DNA of 64,000 nucleotides, from contig JAHRHZ010000013.1 of the NCBI GenBank assembly GCA_024137785.1, positions 46,003,234-46,067,233 of the forward strand, in the 5' to 3' direction. The position numbers were made by a program, and so were the translations under genes. How positions within the stretch are numbered: position 1 is the stretch's first letter; each line of letters begins with the position of its first letter. The notes under the pieces were generated by a model, which was given only the letters and a program-made list of their open reading frames with translations, did no database searches and was not told the DNA's origin. The stretch is from Ginglymostoma cirratum. Its lineage: Eukaryota. Of this stretch, positions 62,645-64,000 are shown piece after piece.

Positions 62645-63110
62645 GACTCATTCCTGGGATGAAAGGGTCTCATGAAGAAAGTTGAGCAGCTTGGGCCTGT
62701 ATCCATTGGAGTGCTGATGAATGAGAAATGATCTTTTTGGAACATAGTAGATTCTGAGCAGACTTGATAGGATGGATACCCAGAGGATTCTTTTTCTTAT
62801 GGTGGAGACTTAAACCACAGGATATAGGTTAAGTATATGAGGTCTGCCTTTTATGATATAAATGAGGAGAATTATTTTCTCTTCAAGTGTCATTAGGGTA
62901 TGGAATTCTCTTCACTCCCCAAAGGTATTAGAGGGTGGGTCTTTAAATTAACTCAAGGTAGAGTTCTATGGATCTTTAGACAAGGGGTGGTTGAGACTTA
63001 CAGTGGGTAGACAGGAAAGTGGAGCTGAGACCTGAACCCAAGCAGCCATGATCTTTTTGAATTGTGGAACAGGCTAGAAGGGGCAAATTGCCCACTTCAG
63101 CCCTCAAGTC
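62645..63110 (+). mobile_element. CR1 3' end
   Basis: ATTCCTGGGATGAAAGGG...ATGAGGAGAAATT...TGGAATTCTCTT...CAGCCATGATCT...GGCTAGAAGGGGCAAATTGCC. Confidence 0.75.
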
Positions 63111-64000
63111 ATGGAGCTTAGGTCTGTGCCTGAATTGGCACAGTAGGTAGTACATTCTGTAGACTTGTAATGCTCCATGTTAAAAATCATTCTCCTATTT
63201 TGTTCTAAATTTTTTGCATTTAATTTAATGACTACTTCCACTAATTTCTGTGCCCTTCAGAACTAGAGATACCATCATATTTCAAATTCTCTTTACTTTC
63301 CCCTTTACTGTTTCTGCCTGAAATTCAGTGTCCCTTGTTTTAAGAAGATCTTCTGCATGTGAGAGGTGCTACTGAAATGTAAGGTGCCGTTAAATATTTA
63401 GCTAGATGGATGAATGACAGTAGGTTGGGCAATGTGTTAGATAAAATCTGTCCACACTGCAGGAATGAAAGGTCCGTCTATCCTTTGCTCCGCTGTCTGG
63501 TCGACATGGTTCCATTGCTCAAATTTATCTCTAACCGAGCATGAATTGGCATTATTCTGACAGTTTCGCTGAAGTTGAAATTGCAGTTAAGGCTTATGAA
63601 TCAGAATAGCCTGCAGCTACTGTTCTAGATGGGTAGAGAATGGTCAGTATTAAAAATGGTAAAATCTCACACAGAACCCACAGGAATTTTCAAGTCATAT
63701 CTTGTATTATTTCTCTGAGATTCTGTTGCCTTATCTTTATATAATCTTTATCTTAATCTTTACAAGTCAGGTGACAACTAATGAACAAAGTCAGGGATAG
63801 GGACTGCTGACATTTTTCTTCTGCGGCCGTACTGGGAAACCCCTATATCAGTGGAGGTTGGCTTGCCATGTGAAGCAATTTTGAAATGAAAAGTCATCTA
63901 TCAATGTCCCTACTCATGTGTGAGTGGACCATTGGTGGGCACCAGTGGAGGATGCTGATCAATGATTGGAACCATAGGAAAGTGTCCTAAAGGAAAGAAA

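Noticed and set aside
1-64000. Prokaryotic-style operon, CRISPR array or defence system
   Set aside because: The sequence is an intron-rich vertebrate gene. I saw no regularly spaced repeat-spacer array and no long unspliced ORFs.

Overview
Eukaryotic, AT-rich, CpG-depleted vertebrate DNA, almost certainly from an elasmobranch (shark or ray), judged from three HE1-type V-SINEs and a Deu-domain SINE. The whole window lies inside one + strand gene encoding an ABCA-subfamily lipid transporter, best read as ABCA13. I reconstructed 22 consecutive internal coding exons (4062..61808). All have GT-AG boundaries and compatible phases, and they join into a stop-free frame of 3664 nt (~1221 aa). That frame covers the end of extracellular domain 1, TM2-TM6, NBD1 (Walker [10 protein letters not shown]-loop, signature LSGGT, Walker B IILDE, H-loop) and regulatory domain R1. 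The start and stop codons lie outside the window. The introns are filled with decayed transposons: CR1-group LINEs, a Rex1/Babar LINE, SINEs, a Gypsy gag remnant, a solo LTR and Penelope-like element (PLE) fragments. The most unusual signals are: (i) short TSD-flanked palindromic PLE-type inserts carrying minimal hammerhead-ribozyme cores, including a 51-bp near-perfect intronic hairpin; (ii) a Penelope fragment with twin-priming-like 5' inversion geometry; (iii) an RVKR|S furin motif in the ABCA13 ectodomain; (iv) repeated SINE insertion at one target site. All family assignments come from recalled motifs, not database searches. There is no CRISPR, rRNA or prokaryotic system. Most ORFs in the supplied track are spurious or repeat-derived.
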